Assembly (NCBI GenBank): GCA_965153285.1
Contig: OZ229118.1
Reading direction: 5' to 3' (one strand)
DNA: 64,000 bases
DNA from: Podarcis tiliguerta
Taxonomy: Eukaryota
Made by a program: the position numbers and the translations under genes. Each line of letters opens with the position of its first letter. The stretch's first letter is position 1. Shown in pieces: positions 25,825 through 40,239 of the stretch. The notes beneath the pieces are model-generated. The model was not told where the DNA came from. It was given only the letters and a program-made list of their open reading frames with translations, and searched no databases.

Positions 25825-26504
25825 TACTCCCACAAGACATGGAAGAATAGTTGATGCAAGTCCTAGAAAGCTCTTAATCTGGATCCAACCCATCAATCCT
25901 CTAATTTAGTTTTACTTGGTCATAAATAATTTTTCCAGTTGATTTCAGTGGAACCCAGATTCAACTGACTTAATCTGGATCCAACCTTTCACTTTTCCCT
26001 GTGAAACATGGAACACCAAGATAGACTTTTGGGCTATAGGTATTCAAACTTGCCTCATAAAGGTAGAAGAGGAAGCTTGATAGTAGCAGCTAAAATGTAT
26101 CAAAGGGTGTGGGTCTTTCCCGTTGCATACACAGTTTTACATGGCATTTAGGAACCTATTTATGATTGCACAGTGCAAGCTGGTAAATATATAGGATACC
26201 GGGCTTGCCTTGGTTATTGTCCATTTGCATTTGAAACTTCAGTGATTTACTGGTAATGTGGTGGGAGCTTTAGATTTGTGCATGCTTCAGCAGCCACTCA
26301 AAATGAGCAAATTGTCATAGTGAGACGTGGAACTGGGCATTTCTCAAAATGCCACCAACTCGTCTGACAGGTTTTTGTGAATTGGCCCATAAAAATGACA
26401 AACTTCACTGTGCAAAGAAGTATTTACTTACGGAATATTTTTTAAAGAACCCCATAGCTTAACAATTGCTAGACTAGTATTTTTAGTCAATTATACTGTA
26501 TTTA

Positions 26505-26853
26505 AAGGTAAAGGGACCCCTGACCATTAGGTCCAGTTGTGGTTGACTCTGGGGTTGCGGCGCTCATCTCACTTTACTGGCCGAGGAAGCCGGCGTACTG
26601 CTTCCAGGTCATGCGGCCAGCATGAGTAAGCCGCTTCTGGCGAACCAGAGCAGCGCATGGAAACGCCGCTTACCTTCCTGCCAGAGTGGTACCTATTTAT
26701 CTACTTGCACTTTGACGTGCTTTTGAACTGCTAGGTTGGCAGGAGCAGGGACACAACAACGGGAGCTCACCCGTCGCGGGGATTCGAACCGCCGACCTTC
26801 TGATCGGCAAGTCCTAGGCTCTCTGTTTTAACCCACAGAGCCACCCGCATCCC
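26505..26853 (-). mobile_element. Full-length Sauria SINE with TSD
   Basis: ATACTGTATTTA at 26493-26504 and 26857-26868. Confidence 0.92.
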
Positions 26854-28458
26854 TTAATACTGTATTTACCAATTAGTAAATAAAACAGATATAGGGTTGT
26901 ATCCAATGCAGACTCGGTGGAAATAGAACAGACTTCTGCAGTGGGACTTCACCTTCTTTTTCCTTTCAGCTCAAAACCTGCGCCTGAGGATTGGGGGCTA
27001 TAGCAGATTTTGGAGGCGTGCAGAGGTCTGCAGTGTAGAGAAAAGGAAGGTAAAGTTCCATTGCACAAATTGAAGTCCATTTTACTTATTAATACTTGTA
27101 CTGATGACGTTGGATTGCTTCTAACTATTTTTACCATATGTCACCTGGGCATTAACATATGGCAGCTAAAAATATAATAAAGATTAAGTAAACAATTTTT
27201 CAGTAAGTAAACTCAATGCAAGAGTACAGTAGTGAGCCAGTGACATGAATTGAATCACACCCATTGCTAATATTGGTATTTATCACAAAATTAACCTTTG
27301 AACGGTGTGATTTTACAAAAGGCTCTTTTAAATTTGTACATTTTCGTGCAACCCAGAAAGCACAATTTTGACATTTTGGTTTTGTAAACCTGTACATTTT
27401 AATTGCTGCATCATAGAAAGGGTGCCACGTTGCTTCACATCTCCTGCCCCCCTCGTCCCAATTTGAACTTTGCTGTTGTTCCTGTATAGTGTTACACCAG
27501 TCAAACAGGTGTAACTAGCAGGTAGGTTCCAGTAAAAGATCTGAGTTGCCGTACTAGAAACCAATTAATACAGGAACTGTACCCATTAAATAGGTACAAC
27601 CAGAAAGTAGTGTTCTTGTCCTTTTATAATGTTTCTGAGGGTTGTGAAGGTCATATGATTTACTCGTGCTTTTTGCAACACAGGGGGAACTGCCTCACCC
27701 ACACCCTGGATGCCCCATCATATGGGGTAATATATGGCATCATTATGCCTCCAGATGAACTCCCACGTGAAATCTTGAAAACGCAATAGCAGCTCGTGCT
27801 CCTTCCGCATGAACTCTTGTCACTAAGACATTATATCATCAAAAAACTCATCCAATTTGACTTACATAAACTTGCCAGTAATCTGGGATTGTACCTGTCT
27901 CCAATAAATTAAGTAGAGGTGCATTAGAGAACTGGTAGGTCTTGGGCCAGGGCACATCATTATCATATCTAAAAATCTGTATTGTACAATTTTTGAAAGC
28001 AGGATTTAATGTTCCACCATTTTAGTGGTGATGGGGGAATTTCACTGCCTTTCAAAACCCTTCCATTGACATCTACTTTGGACCGTTCAGTGATTCCCCT
28101 ACCTGAGTGATAAAGGTCTAGGAATGGTTTTATCATGTGATCTGCTTGGTGAGGCTTAGGAAACAATGCCAAGTGTGGACTATATGAAGAAGCTATAAAG
28201 ATAGGACTCATAGACTCCGTTGCCAGCAGCCCACTCCTACTGAGCTGAATTGAACAAGTGTAAATGTGCTCCAGAAACCGTGCATTGTTGTCCGCTATGT
28301 ATCTCTCCCCACCCATCTTGGGTATCAAGCAAAGGTTTATCAAGCCTCTGGTGGGTTTCCATTCATAGCTGTAGGTTGTGTTCCAATTAGTGTATCACAT
28401 TGTGTGTGCGCTTGTGCCAGAATGCCAATTCGTCTAGTCCAGTACTACAGATTTAAAG

Positions 28459-28791
28459 AGGTTTAAAGACTGTCTCAAGCCAAATCTTTAAAAATGTAGT
28501 ATAAACACTGGCAACTGGGAAGCATTGGCCTGCGAGCGCTCCAGTTAGAGAACAGCCTTTACCAAAGGTGTCATGGGCTTTGAAGATGCTCGAACTCAGG
28601 AAGAAAGGGAGAAACTAGCTAAGAGGAAGGCACCTTTGGCAAACCCTTACCATGATCAACTCCCTATGTCCCCACTGTGGAAGGATGTGTGGATCCAGAA
28701 TTGGCCTCCACAGTCACTTACGGACTCACTGTTAAGACCGTGTTTATGGAAGACAATCTTACACGGCTACGAGTGATCACCAAAGAAGAAG
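28459..28791 (+). mobile_element. Non-BovB RTE-clade LINE 3' end
   Basis: RFKDCLK...NWEALA.ERS...CPHCGRMCGSRIGLHSHLRTH* (C2H2-like, frameshifted); (GAA)n tail. Confidence 0.75.
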
Positions 28792-30703
28792 ACTGCAGAT
28801 ATGAAGTTTGCCGTGGATCCTGGGCCCAACTTTGTAGAATCTCAGAGAGGGATGGGGGAAACTGTGGACCTTCAGATGCTGTGGAACTTGACTCCTGTGA
28901 GTCTGAGCCAGTATGGACAATACTCAGGGATGGTGGAAGTTGTAATGTAGCAACAGCTGGCAGGTGACAGGTTCTCCATGCCAGGTCTAAGCAAATCTTC
29001 CCAGATTTGGTCTCGGAGAATCTCAATAGGAAAAGTTTGTAATAGAAAGCGTGTGCTCTCTGACACATCAATTTTAACACATCACACAGGTATTAAATTG
29101 AGAAGGTGCAAAATGCGACTTTATTTGAAACACGGAATTAAAAATGCATTAAAACTCACCCGCCTTCCTCTTACTGAGCGTTTACCTACCCATGTTTATC
29201 AGAGGTTGTAAACCTCATTGTAAACTTCCTCATTGCTTTGGTACGAAGCAGGTGATAATGCTTTTGCTTGCTGAAAGCTCAGGAGGAGGATATACTACTG
29301 GGAGTCCAGAAGGAATTGGATTTTAATTTGGAGGCACACCAGATCATTAAAATGGCTCCTGTGCCCTTTAACACATTTATTAAATCGTTACTGAAATATA
29401 TCACATAGTGATAGAGCTTGTGATCGGTACATTTCAGAAGTTACATGGAGGCTTTTCTTTCCCCTTCTTGTGTAGGCTTACAAATATAGACCAGCCACAT
29501 TGCTTCAGCAAACACATTATTTCCTTAATGTGTATGTTTGTGGATTAATAGTTATGCAGGAATGAAGAGGTTTGCAGAAGTGAATTGGCAGGCAGGATGA
29601 ATCCCTTCCCTACCCACTGATTATCTTAATGCAATACCTCTCACACTTTCCCCCTAGTTGGGCCTATGTCTGGTCTCTGAACATGCTGTACCACTGAACT
29701 ACAACCCTCACCATGGTTGGACCAAATACTTGTGCTCACTGATCTTTCCCTTGCAATGAACCTCTCTGAATTATGGGAAACTGTATTTCCCCTGGAATGT
29801 GTGGTTTTTCTCTGTGTCTTCTGTTTATCCTACTTCCCACCTGGATTACAGGGGGCAATATCTAAATTTGCATGCGGTGGAATATAGAAGGAAAAATATA
29901 CTTTTTCTAGCCATTATAAGGAAACAGCTGTAGAACTGCCCCCTCACTATTTTTGTCCCTGTGGAGTTTGGCAATGAAATGATTAATTTTGCAAAAGGCA
30001 GCTCCACCCTGTCCAGCCAAGGTTAATAGAGATTAAGTGCCTTGGAGGTTTAAGTTAATTGTGACGTGTTCTTCTGGTTTCAATGGGACCTCGGCTTTAT
30101 CTGAACTGTAGTCAGGAAGTTTCTGGGCCGTGCATGACGAAAGAGCGCTGGGATGAGATAAGGTACGTCAGACAAAGCATATTTCTTTACGGGTAAATTC
30201 CATTGAAATAAATTGGACTCACTTCAGAGTGAAGCTAGTTGCAGTTTTTAAGTCCTTCTGGTCCAAGGAACTTAAATTGCAAAAAGATCCCATTGCATGG
30301 GTTTTAAGTATTCCTTAGCTACAGCTGGCTTTTGCTGGGCTTGTGCCCCATATCTATCAGGAGCATTTTGAGGCTGACATCTTCAAAAAGAAAAAGGCGC
30401 CAAATTTAAAGCGCATCCATTTTTTTATGATGCGCTCAGAGTGTGATCCCCATTTTTCCCTGGTCTGTCCTCTCAAACTGGCAATGGGAAAGAGTCTTCT
30501 TTTGCCTGGTGCAGCTTGAGTTTTCCCCACAAGGGGAAAAGGATATTCTGAATTGCTGGCCTCAATTCAAGTTTAGACTCTAGCCTGAACGAAAATGGGT
30601 AAACTTTTGTGTGAAAAGAAAAGGAAAGCAAAGTGTAGCTAACACACAACCCCTTGTCTTTTCTAGGTGTTCGTTATCAAGGACCGCTTTTAGCTTCATC
30701 TGA

Positions 30704-30841
<138 letters not shown>

Positions 30842-32553
30842 TAGCTACTGCTGAATAGCCTTCTTGAGCGGTTGCTCGTGCAGTCTTTCAAAGTGCATGC
30901 CAATCTCATAATGTTTTTCTTAGAGCAGTCTTTCCACAAGTCCTTCAAAGGGCTACATCTATTATCCATAGGATGGACAGGTAGATACACTGTTAGGTGA
31001 TAGGGAAACCTTCCAGCTGAACACTGTCGATTTCACTTGTGCTGTCAAAAACAAGGGTGAGTCCTTGGGAGCGGGTTCTCCTTCCCCCTCCCCTCTTAAC
31101 ATTTCGGGGAGATATGCACTCTGGCACAGATGAGCGGCACAGCTTTGGAAACTAGTCAAGATTAAATCCATGGAAACAAAGCGCTGTCTAAGGGTAGGGG
31201 GAAAGTAAATTGGTTGGAGGTTTGCTGCTTAGATTTATTTAAAGGGCTATACAAGTACTTCTGCAATTGAATGGTGTCATGGGAGACTATCCAACGTGTG
31301 TATAAAAGAGAAGAACTGGGAAAATAAAGGAATGATCCAGCCATATTTAAATACTCCTTTGTTTCAGTGGGAGATCGTTAAAACAACAAGATTGAAGGTA
31401 CCATAACATCGACAGGCTTGTACCTAAGTTTGAAAAGGACTTAACTTTTTTTAACCTGTGGGAGGGAAAATACAGCATTTTACTTGGAACCAGGCTGGGG
31501 ATCCTCTTGACTGTTGGGAAAATGCAGTTTCTAGGTGTGTTACAATGACTTCTAGGAAGCTATTCCTCGGGAGCCTTTTCGAACAGTGAACATCCTGTTT
31601 CAGTCCAAGCTGGCCACGATAAGAACCTTGAACGTTTAAGAATTAGGTGCCCCCATTTGCTTGCTTTCCTCGTCCTGACTCACCACTTTTTCCTTTTGTG
31701 TCGTGTCTTCTTACATTGCAATCCTGAGGGCATTCAAAAGCTGTACTCAGAACTTTTCCATAATGCTTTGAATGAACAAATGCAATAAACAAGATCTCGG
31801 CAACCCGAGGATCCTACTAATTCAAGCTCCATTAACCTACGGGGGGTAGTAATCACAAAACCAATCTACTGTGGCTGGTAGTTTCCCTTTGCCATGAGCA
31901 ACGGATGGTTGCAGTAACAGGCAGTCATTGAAGAGAAGGAAAGGTTCTGTCCAGCAGAGAGGACAGATAAAAATTAGGATTAGCATGTTGACTTAGAGGA
32001 GTGATAAGGAGGCATCTGTGCCTAGCTAAAAGAAAAGTAGGGAACAAGAAGAAAAAATGGAGGATATGGGGCCTAGTGGTGTGGTCTGGGAGAGGTAGGA
32101 TGAGCATATGTGTGTGAGGTTTTAATTTTATTTAGAGGTGATTTAGGGGAGATTTAATTGTGAACAGTGTTAGGTTCCAATGAGTAGCTTTGTGTTTTGA
32201 GGCTCATATATCCCAGCCATGTGTTCTCCTAAGTTTCTGGAGGGCCAAGGTCTTTTGCCTCTTAGCCTCTTATCAGTTTTCCTTCTGTGAAATGGATGTT
32301 TTCTTGCAGTAGTAACCACAGTCTTTCTCCATGTCCCCACAGCGGCCGTTTTGTGAATTGTCGTGGCCTTCCGGGCCAGCCGTTTTGCAGCAGTGCCCAC
32401 ATTGCAAATGCGGCCACAGACCCCAAAATGTTGGAGGCCTGATATATATAACAGTTGTCATTGGCAACTTCGTCAAAGTCAGTTGAGACTATATCAGATA
32501 AAATAGGTTCAGGATGGAGTCGTGGGGGTATTAATGCAAATGAATCCAGTGAG

Positions 32554-32555
<2 letters not shown>

Positions 32556-32588
<33 letters not shown>
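32556..32588. repeat. (GT)n microsatellite
   Basis: Direct read. Confidence 0.95.
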
Positions 32589-32591
<3 letters not shown>

Positions 32592-34258
32592 TCTAGAAAC
32601 ACAAAATCCTTAACATACTGTGTCTTGTGTCAAATGTGAGGGAGGGACATTTTTGAAGGGATTACTGTATATGAATTTTGTTTTAAACTGCCGAGGAGGG
32701 AAATGAAACTGGCACACAGTCTGTTAAGGGGAGATCATATCTCAAGTTCTACGAGGTCTAAATACTTGCTTTTTGAAAAATGGAAGCTGGAAATTAGGTT
32801 CACCAGGGGGCAACTATCTCTTCTGGGTGCCCATTTCCTATAACCTTATCTCCAGAATGTGTATAATAAAGGCAAGGCTATCTCTAGGGATCTTATTAAT
32901 ACTGCTATATATTTTCCCATTATTTTTCTATCTTGCCTACATCAACATTGCCCTCTTTTGGTAGGGAAGCAACACTACAAGGTGTGTCTTTCTAAGCCCC
33001 TTTTAGAATGGTGGTGTAAGTTAAAACACAGTAAGTTATGCTTATATGATTTCTGTTTTTACCTGGTAAATATGGTAGTATGTCACATAATACAAACCAC
33101 TGGACACAATCTGCTTGAAGCTCACCTGCAATTAAGCCCCACTGAAATTAATGAAACATGTGATTCATTCAAATCAAATTTCAAAAATGTGTTAGGTAGA
33201 GTTTATCTTTATCTACGTCTGCAAAATGTCTGCAGTCTTGTGCAGAGCTCTCCCTCATTGGAACAACTCATGTTCTGCAAAGCTTATTGAAAGAGCTTGC
33301 TAGATCAAAGTCGAAGCAGAAGCGATTAGAGAGTTTTCTGTTTGCCAAGAATTAAAGCCGAACCTATTGATACGGTCTCTCTCTGATTGCAAAGTGTGTG
33401 TTGATGCTAAAATAGGAGAAAGGACAGGTGGGAGAAACCTTCAATACAGTCGGGAAAATCCTGTGTGTGTGAAATCTCTAATTCCCCTATTCCTCCAGTG
33501 CAGAAGGGATCAAGGGCTGGCCACTGTAAAAAGATGGAAGTGAAGCAAATTGCATAGGTGAACACTCATCTGATAGCACTGGAACAAAAAAAGGAGGAGG
33601 GACTTGTGCTTAGGAAATGTCCCTTGGAGAATCACCATCAAAATTTAAAGGATGGGGTTGGGGTTGACCTATGGCATGCGTTCTTGGGTTTCTTGGTCCA
33701 CCCACCACCCCATAATCCTTTCAGTTGCGTGGGATGCTTGCAGGGTAAATGAATGCCCATCAGGTGGTTTGTCTGAGTGTTGTTGCAGTGTGGCCAAATT
33801 ACATTGCAACATTAAACATGCTTTTTAAAAAGCACGCCTAAGCGAGCCGCTTCTGTTGCGAAGGAAGCATAGTCACATGGGACCCTTAGCTATTTCCCTG
33901 CCCAAAAAATCCACCCCACAGCTGCTCCTTGTACACAGATGTGACGTTTGACTGCAAACGGTATCTTTAAGGACAAATAGCAGCTGATGGGAAGGGAGGG
34001 GCAGGTTTTGGTACAGTGCCCTAATCTGGATCAAGACCCTGTCTAGCTGTTTTTCTTTGGAAATTAAAGCCACCAGTGCTCAGCATGGTGGTTTTAAAAA
34101 ATGTGCTCAGCATGGTGTTTTAAAAATTAATATAATATAGATTGTCCCCAAGTGAGCATTCCATTGAAAATGATGTAGAGTGGTGAGACCTCATTTGCTC
34201 TGAGATGCTCATTTGGACATCTATCTGCTTTAGGTCTGCTCTTTCTGATCCAGTAGAA

Positions 34259-34395
34259 CAGGCTTCCTCAAACTCGGCCCTCCAGATGTTTTGAGAGTAC
34301 CATTCCTATCATTCCTGACCACTGGTCCTGCTAGCTAGGGATCATGGGAGTTGTAGGCCAAAAACATCTGGAGGGCTGGAGTTTGAGGAAGCCTG
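34259..34395. mobile_element. hAT hairpin MITE
   Basis: TIR CAGGCTTCCTCAAACTC; 8-bp TSD CAGTAGAA on both sides; eroded relatives near 22500, 23270, 28850, 36975, 44320. Confidence 0.92.
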
Positions 34396-34670
34396 CAGTA
34401 GAAGGTTGCGTCTGGCTAGAGATTTGGAATTGGTCCGCACTTCATTCTTTTTAATAGCAGCTCCTCCATATTGTACAGCCAACTGCTTTGGTTTCAAAAG
34501 CCAACTGTGATGCGGTGTATTGGGAGGGGCTACTTAAAAAAAAAAAAAGGAACATCTTTTTCCGACCAATGAATATCACCAAATTTCTAGCACTTATTGA
34601 AAAGCTGGAAAATAAAGAATTTTGATATACAAGTAAATTTTTGAAAGTAAAACCCATGTAGTTAACAATA

Positions 34671-34895
34671 TAGTGGTACCTTGGGTTAAGAACTTAATTC
34701 GTTCTGGAGGTCCGTTCTTAACCTGAAGTACCACTTTAGCTAATGGGGCCTCCCACTGCCTCTGCGCCGCTGCTGTGCGATTTCTGTTCTCATCCTGAAG
34801 CAAAGTTCTTAATCCAAGGTACTATTTCTAGGTTAGCAGAGTCTGTAACCTGAAGCGTCTGTAACCTGAAGCGTCTGTAACCCGAAGTACCACTG
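34671..34895 (-). mobile_element. MITE family B
   Basis: TIRs; TA flanks; 136 bp upstream of the SMIM14 exon at 35032. Confidence 0.9.
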
Positions 34896-35031
34896 TAGTT
34901 AACTTCCAAGACTTTGCACTCAACTCTCCAACGTTCATTTGATTTCAGAAATTCTGAAGACTCACCCACAAATCCTAGAACGGATGAAGTCTCTTTTTTC
35001 TCTAAGCAAGTTTCTGTTCTCTTCATTTCAG

Positions 35032-35080
35032 TTACGGCAATCCCAATCCTACTGCACAGACACGGAATGCCTTCAGGAAC
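35032..35080 (+). CDS. SMIM14: SMIM14 coding exon 2 (LRQSQSYCTDTECLQE+1 nt)
   Basis: 49-nt exon, tttcag| and |gtgagt; translation matches SMIM14. Confidence 0.96.
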
Positions 35081-36599
35081 GTGAGTAATAGGGAAATCTT
35101 GCATGTATATTTTTAAATGCTTTTGTATATTGCTTTCCAGCACAAAGCAACTCAACAGCTGTTTTTATATATATCAACAGAAATATATCCAAAATTAATA
35201 ATAATTCAATTTAAACACCAATAAAACAACAGCCACAAGCATTACAAAATACATGAAGATAGTTGGACAGAATAAGTCTAAGCATGCCATCTTCATCATG
35301 TGGCAAAACCCCATGTAGATCAGAAAGCTTTCTGTGAGTCTAAGCTGGGGGGGGCATCAATAGAAAGGAGGCCATACTCTGGTTCCCCATATAACAAGCT
35401 ATTCTCAACAATGGAAATGGCAAGTGGGAGTGACCCTCCTGCTAATTTCAGGGCTAAAATAATTAGGGTTAAGGAATAGATGCAAAGGAAAAGATTATGT
35501 CTGAGGGCTAAATGTGCACTAGACTGAGTTTCATTTTTCACCTTTTTCTTTTCACAAAATACCACTGCGATTGTTGCACTCTAAATTGGGAGAACAGAAG
35601 CAGGGAGATACTTCTTAGGTTTTCTCTCTGGTCCCCCTCCCATTTAAAATGTTCCCATCTGCTTTCTTGCTGCAATTTGGGAGGGGGTGATTTTTTAAAT
35701 AAACGGAATAACCGCTGGATAAGAAAGGATTCAGAAGCCCTTTCTCCCTGCTTAGGACTTCTGCTTTAGATTGTTATCTCTGCAACTGTATTTTACTTTA
35801 TTTAGTTCACAACTTTTTATATACCTTAGTTGTAATAAAACTTAAAAGTGGTTTGTTTTCTAAAATAGAAAATTTGGGGGGGTGGGACGGGACAATGCAT
35901 GGCTGAGGGCTAGGGGTGGGTCTTGCTCTGTGAAAAGTATCGTCAGATTAGGATATCAAAACAGCATTTTGAGAAATTTCAGGGGCATGCGTTTTGATCC
36001 AAACAGAAAAAGGCCTAGATAATTCAGAAAGAATCGTGCCATTGTATACCTTGTAGTATTGGTAATCTGAACCAAAGGAATACTATAAGTTTTTTTTTCT
36101 TAGTTGGAAGTTGATCTTCCAGTTTTGGAATGCATAACCGTTCCAGCCAGGTACTAGTGTACACTGATAAAGACCCATGTTCATGATTCATCATGCCAGA
36201 TTGTACACTACAGTCTTATTTTCCAACTTTCCTACTCTCTTGAAAAAAAGGGGGAGGTGGTTGGCAGCGTTTGGATGTTTAAGAGTGATATAAAAATACA
36301 GTGAGAATTAGCTGTGAGTAAGAACATGTTTGGAATTTTTACATAAAGTGTTTTGGGGCCAGTAAGAGGCTATGAGTATCCAGACCTGGAGAGTTAACTG
36401 CATGACTAGCTGTCTAAATGCTGGAACTTCAAGTGCAGCACTAAGGAATACACTGCTTTGCATAGCAGGCAAGGCAAGGCAGAAGGCCCGGCTGCTAATA
36501 TTTGCACCAGGCTTAGCCATCCCAGAAGTTTCATGCTGCTTGCCAGCCAACTGCAAGGGCAGATGTTGTACGCCTATGGTATCTTTGACGTCTGGGGGC

Positions 36600-36818
36600 C
36601 ATAGCTGTGAACTTTCCTTTTTTTGCGGGAAATTTGCTTATTCCAGCGCCGTTTCCCGCTGCTATCCCGGATTGTTAGATATCCCATAGACTGTCCCTGG
36701 GACAGGTGAGGCTGCTGATCCCTTATTTTCGAGGCTCCCCAGGACGGGTGAGGCTGCTGATCCCTTATTTTTGATGCTGCTGATCCCTTATTTTCAAATC
36801 TGAAAGTTGACAGCTATG
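36600..36818. mobile_element. hAT MITE with internal repeats
   Basis: TIR CATAGCTGTSAACTTT; 8-bp TSD CTGGGGGC. Confidence 0.88.
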
Positions 36819-38055
36819 CTGGGGGCCTGTAGTCAACAGGGAATGGCTCTCTAGACTACATTTTGATTTGCTCCCTTAGATTCTCAGTTTCATCTCCAGA
36901 TTTCCTGTCACTAGCTGTCTTCTGTATTTATTTTGTGCCCTCCCCCCCAGCCTTCTCTTAAACCGGAAATGAGGAACTCCAGATGTTGTCGGACTCCAAT
37001 TCCCATCATTCCTGATTGGCCAAGCTGCCTCAGCTTACGAGAATCAGAGTCCGACAGCATCTGGAAGATCGTAGAGCTCTGGAGAGTGTAGATCCTGGCA
37101 CACAAATGACTTTGGGAACTTTATATCTTGAATTTCTGTCTTATATGAAACCCTCGAGTGGCTTGCATATAGAATTTATAGATTCTGGCACACACAATTC
37201 ATTTAGGAACTTCACACACACACGATTTCTGTTCTTCTATAAAACGCTCATGGTGGCTTACATATTAGAATTAAAGGGGGGGGGGACCAGGGAAACATAC
37301 TCAAAACAGTTGAAAAGAAGATGGGAACAGCAGATAAAAAATTGCAGACACTTTCCACCCCCACCCCCAATATCAACTGAAAAGACCAAATGCCTAGTGG
37401 AATAATAAGCTTATTTCTAGATTTGAGGTGAGGGGGCTTAGCTCAAATTGGCAGGGAATTATGACATCTGCTGTGTTGTTTTCCCTTAGTCACATCTGCT
37501 GATAGGAATGAAGAGCTGGAGGAGTGCAGCAAGTGGTTTGGGAGCCTATGATTATTTTGCTTCCTGCCTGAGACCCAGCTTATACAAACAAACCCTTTTG
37601 GCCAATGATTACAGCAGTAAAGGCTGGAACTTTGGGTGGGGTTTGGTTTGGGAAGCAGGAGGGCAGGGGCTCTGCTGAAGTCAGCCTGACGTCTGTTCCA
37701 TTGCTGCAGATGAATGAATCATTATGAAAACGATGACTTGAGAGGGGAACTCCCTGAATTTTGCACATTTGGAATCTTTCTGTGGAAGTGTGAAGCTCTT
37801 GGGTTTGGTCTTTGCATCCAGACAAAGTGAAACAGCACTCATTTGCTTTGAGATAATATAGGCTAGCAGTGCTTCCTGAACTTGAAAACTTTAAAAATTG
37901 TATTTTTGCAAGTAAAATTGGTGTTTAATGACACTGTTATGCCCATAAAGATTGGGAAAAGACCTTGCCAAAGCAGAAACTTGGCACAGAGACAGAGTAG
38001 CCCTTCTGGGGGCAGCTAATTCTGTTGTTGTCTCTGTCAGCTTTGATTGGCTCAA

Positions 38056-38152
38056 ACACCGGCTCCCTCGGCCTGAAAATGAGATGAGTGTTGCAACCCC
38101 ATAGTCACCTTTGACTGGACTTAACCATCCAGGGGTATTTTACCTTACCTTT
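38056..38152 (+). mobile_element. Sauria SINE 3' fragment
   Basis: Matches 6145-6238 including the ACCTT tail. Confidence 0.75.
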
Positions 38153-38759
38153 TGGGCACTGACTACTCTCAAACTAGCTTAGCTTAAGAAGGTGGTGGTC
38201 TTCCGTGTCTTCAGACCATACTTTTATTCTGTCTTATCACCAAGGCGTGTTGCTTCTCCCTTTGCAACACAGTGGAGAGCAACCTGGGGCCCAAGTGCAA
38301 CGTGTAATCCCCCCCCCAGCTAATTTTGTGTGCCCTTCAACATTTACTGTATCTTCTCAATTTCTCCATTCTATCAGTTTCTTCCTTCTTCTTTGTTTCC
38401 TCCTTTCTTCTCTTAGCTTTCAGAATTGTGCTTTCACTCTTTCTATATAGTTTCAGAAAGGGCAGTATTTTATTTGGTGAAAATAAATTGGGGTGTGTAC
38501 ATATATAGCTCACTAAAGCCAGAATGGAATTGCTGTCCAGAAAACAACCCCATCAAACCTAGCTCAGGGCTTACATCTGAGTAGACCTGCATAGGATTTC
38601 TAATCTGAGCTAGCCATGACGAAAACTGAAGAAGGGCAGTCTGTGTTCTGGATTATTTAATACATAAAACTTTGTTCCTGCCCCTCATCAGCCCTCCTCT
38701 GTCCAGCATTGACATGTGTCCCACATGAGACTACCCCTGAGAGAATCCGACCCTCTCAG

Positions 38760-39012
38760 CAGGGGTCAGCAAATTTTTTCAGCAGGGGGCTGGTCCACTG
38801 TCCCTCAGACCTTGTGGGGGGCCAGACTATATTTTGGAAAACATAATAATGAATGAATTGCTATGCCCCACAAATAACCCAGAGATGCATTTTGAATAAA
38901 AGGACACATTCTACTCATGTAAAAACACGCTGATTCCTGGACCGTCCGCGGGCCGGATTTAGAAGGTGATTGGGCCGGATCTGGCCCCCGGGCCTTAGTT
39001 TGCCTACCCATG
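38760..39012. mobile_element. hAT (Charlie-like) MITE
   Basis: Imperfect TIR CAGGGGTCAGCAAA / TTTGCCTACCCATG; TSD unclear. Confidence 0.7.
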
Positions 39013-40239
39013 CTCAGCAGCATAAAGATTTCCCAACCTTGCTTTGCAGAACAAGGATAGAGCCCTTCCTCTCTGCCCCATTGGCAAAACCTCTGCATAA
39101 GATTGTGTTTGAGCCTGCTTTGGTGGGGGGTGACTTCGGGCCTAGGTGAGGTCACCTGTCCTCACCTTCCTTCAATGTGAGCTGGGAACAAATAGTCCCC
39201 AGTCCAAATATCAGTTTAGCCGTGAACTTATTAGATCGCCTTCAGCAAGCTTCTAGCTTGGAGTTCTCATTTGCTGCATGAACAATATCCTGTCCTCTTT
39301 CAGCCGTACTTTGAAGGCTGTTGTAAAGATAATTTACGAAAATGTTTAAAGCATGCCACAAACGTTTCAAACTTTCCCTATACCTTGGCAATTCTTACAA
39401 TATGCTATATGATTATTAAATACTAACTGCTTTCTCTTTAGTTTGATTACATTTTAAAATATGTATTCTTGCAATACATTGAGGAAAGGAGTGGGTAGTC
39501 AGAGGCTCGGTGTATATTGAACAGAGCTATGTCACAGGAGGAGGAAGAAACCTTGATCCTGAGGTTTTAAAAAGCTATCATTTTAACTGCTTCCAACTCT
39601 GAGCTTATTTCCTGCTAGGCCTTCCCTCTCTGCCCCAGCCCCAAGGACACTGTAATAACCTTTGCCCAAGGAAGCTGAAGGTCTCTTTCGCAGTTTGACG
39701 TTGAGAGGGATGTCATACAGGAGATTCCTTTGGCGGATATGCAGATAACTGATGAGCCCTGGAAATAGGAGCTTCAAGTGTTGCCTTGAAGAGAACAGCT
39801 TCTTAAAGAGGTGGTCAGCTTATCTGTAAGATATTTGATGGATTTAAAACTCCACAGCAGCCCAGATATCTAGCTTTTATCTCTCACAGGCCCGGTTGCA
39901 TCAATTGCTGTTATATTGCTGCCCAAATGATGAGTGAAATGAGGCCTCCAGAAGTTTAGGGGGATATTGTTTTGTGGGCTACAGAAGAAAAGCAGGGTGC
40001 TTATCAGCTTTCATCTCTGTGAACTGTGACTACATGATATTGCTGCCTTCAGTGTTCTTTGGCTACTTACGGCAGCAATCTTCTGGCACCGAGCTCTGAG
40101 CTGAATTAGTTTTCTGTACTGCTGCAAGATTAACAGAGCAAGCCAAACTGTTTATCAAGCCAGACTGTGGGAGGTTTGGACTGAGTGGAGGCATCCCTCT
40201 GCTCAGTAATCATGGCTGAGCAATCCTCCCATTTTTATA

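Noticed and set aside
36700-36800. Spaced direct repeats superficially like a CRISPR array (also 13359-13444)
   Set aside because: Eukaryotic context, irregular or absent spacers, no cas genes; the first lies inside a hAT MITE
39925-40030. ATGATGA box C-like motif (and GTGATGA on the minus strand near 11046)
   Set aside because: No properly placed CTGA box D or terminal stem; snoRNA not supported
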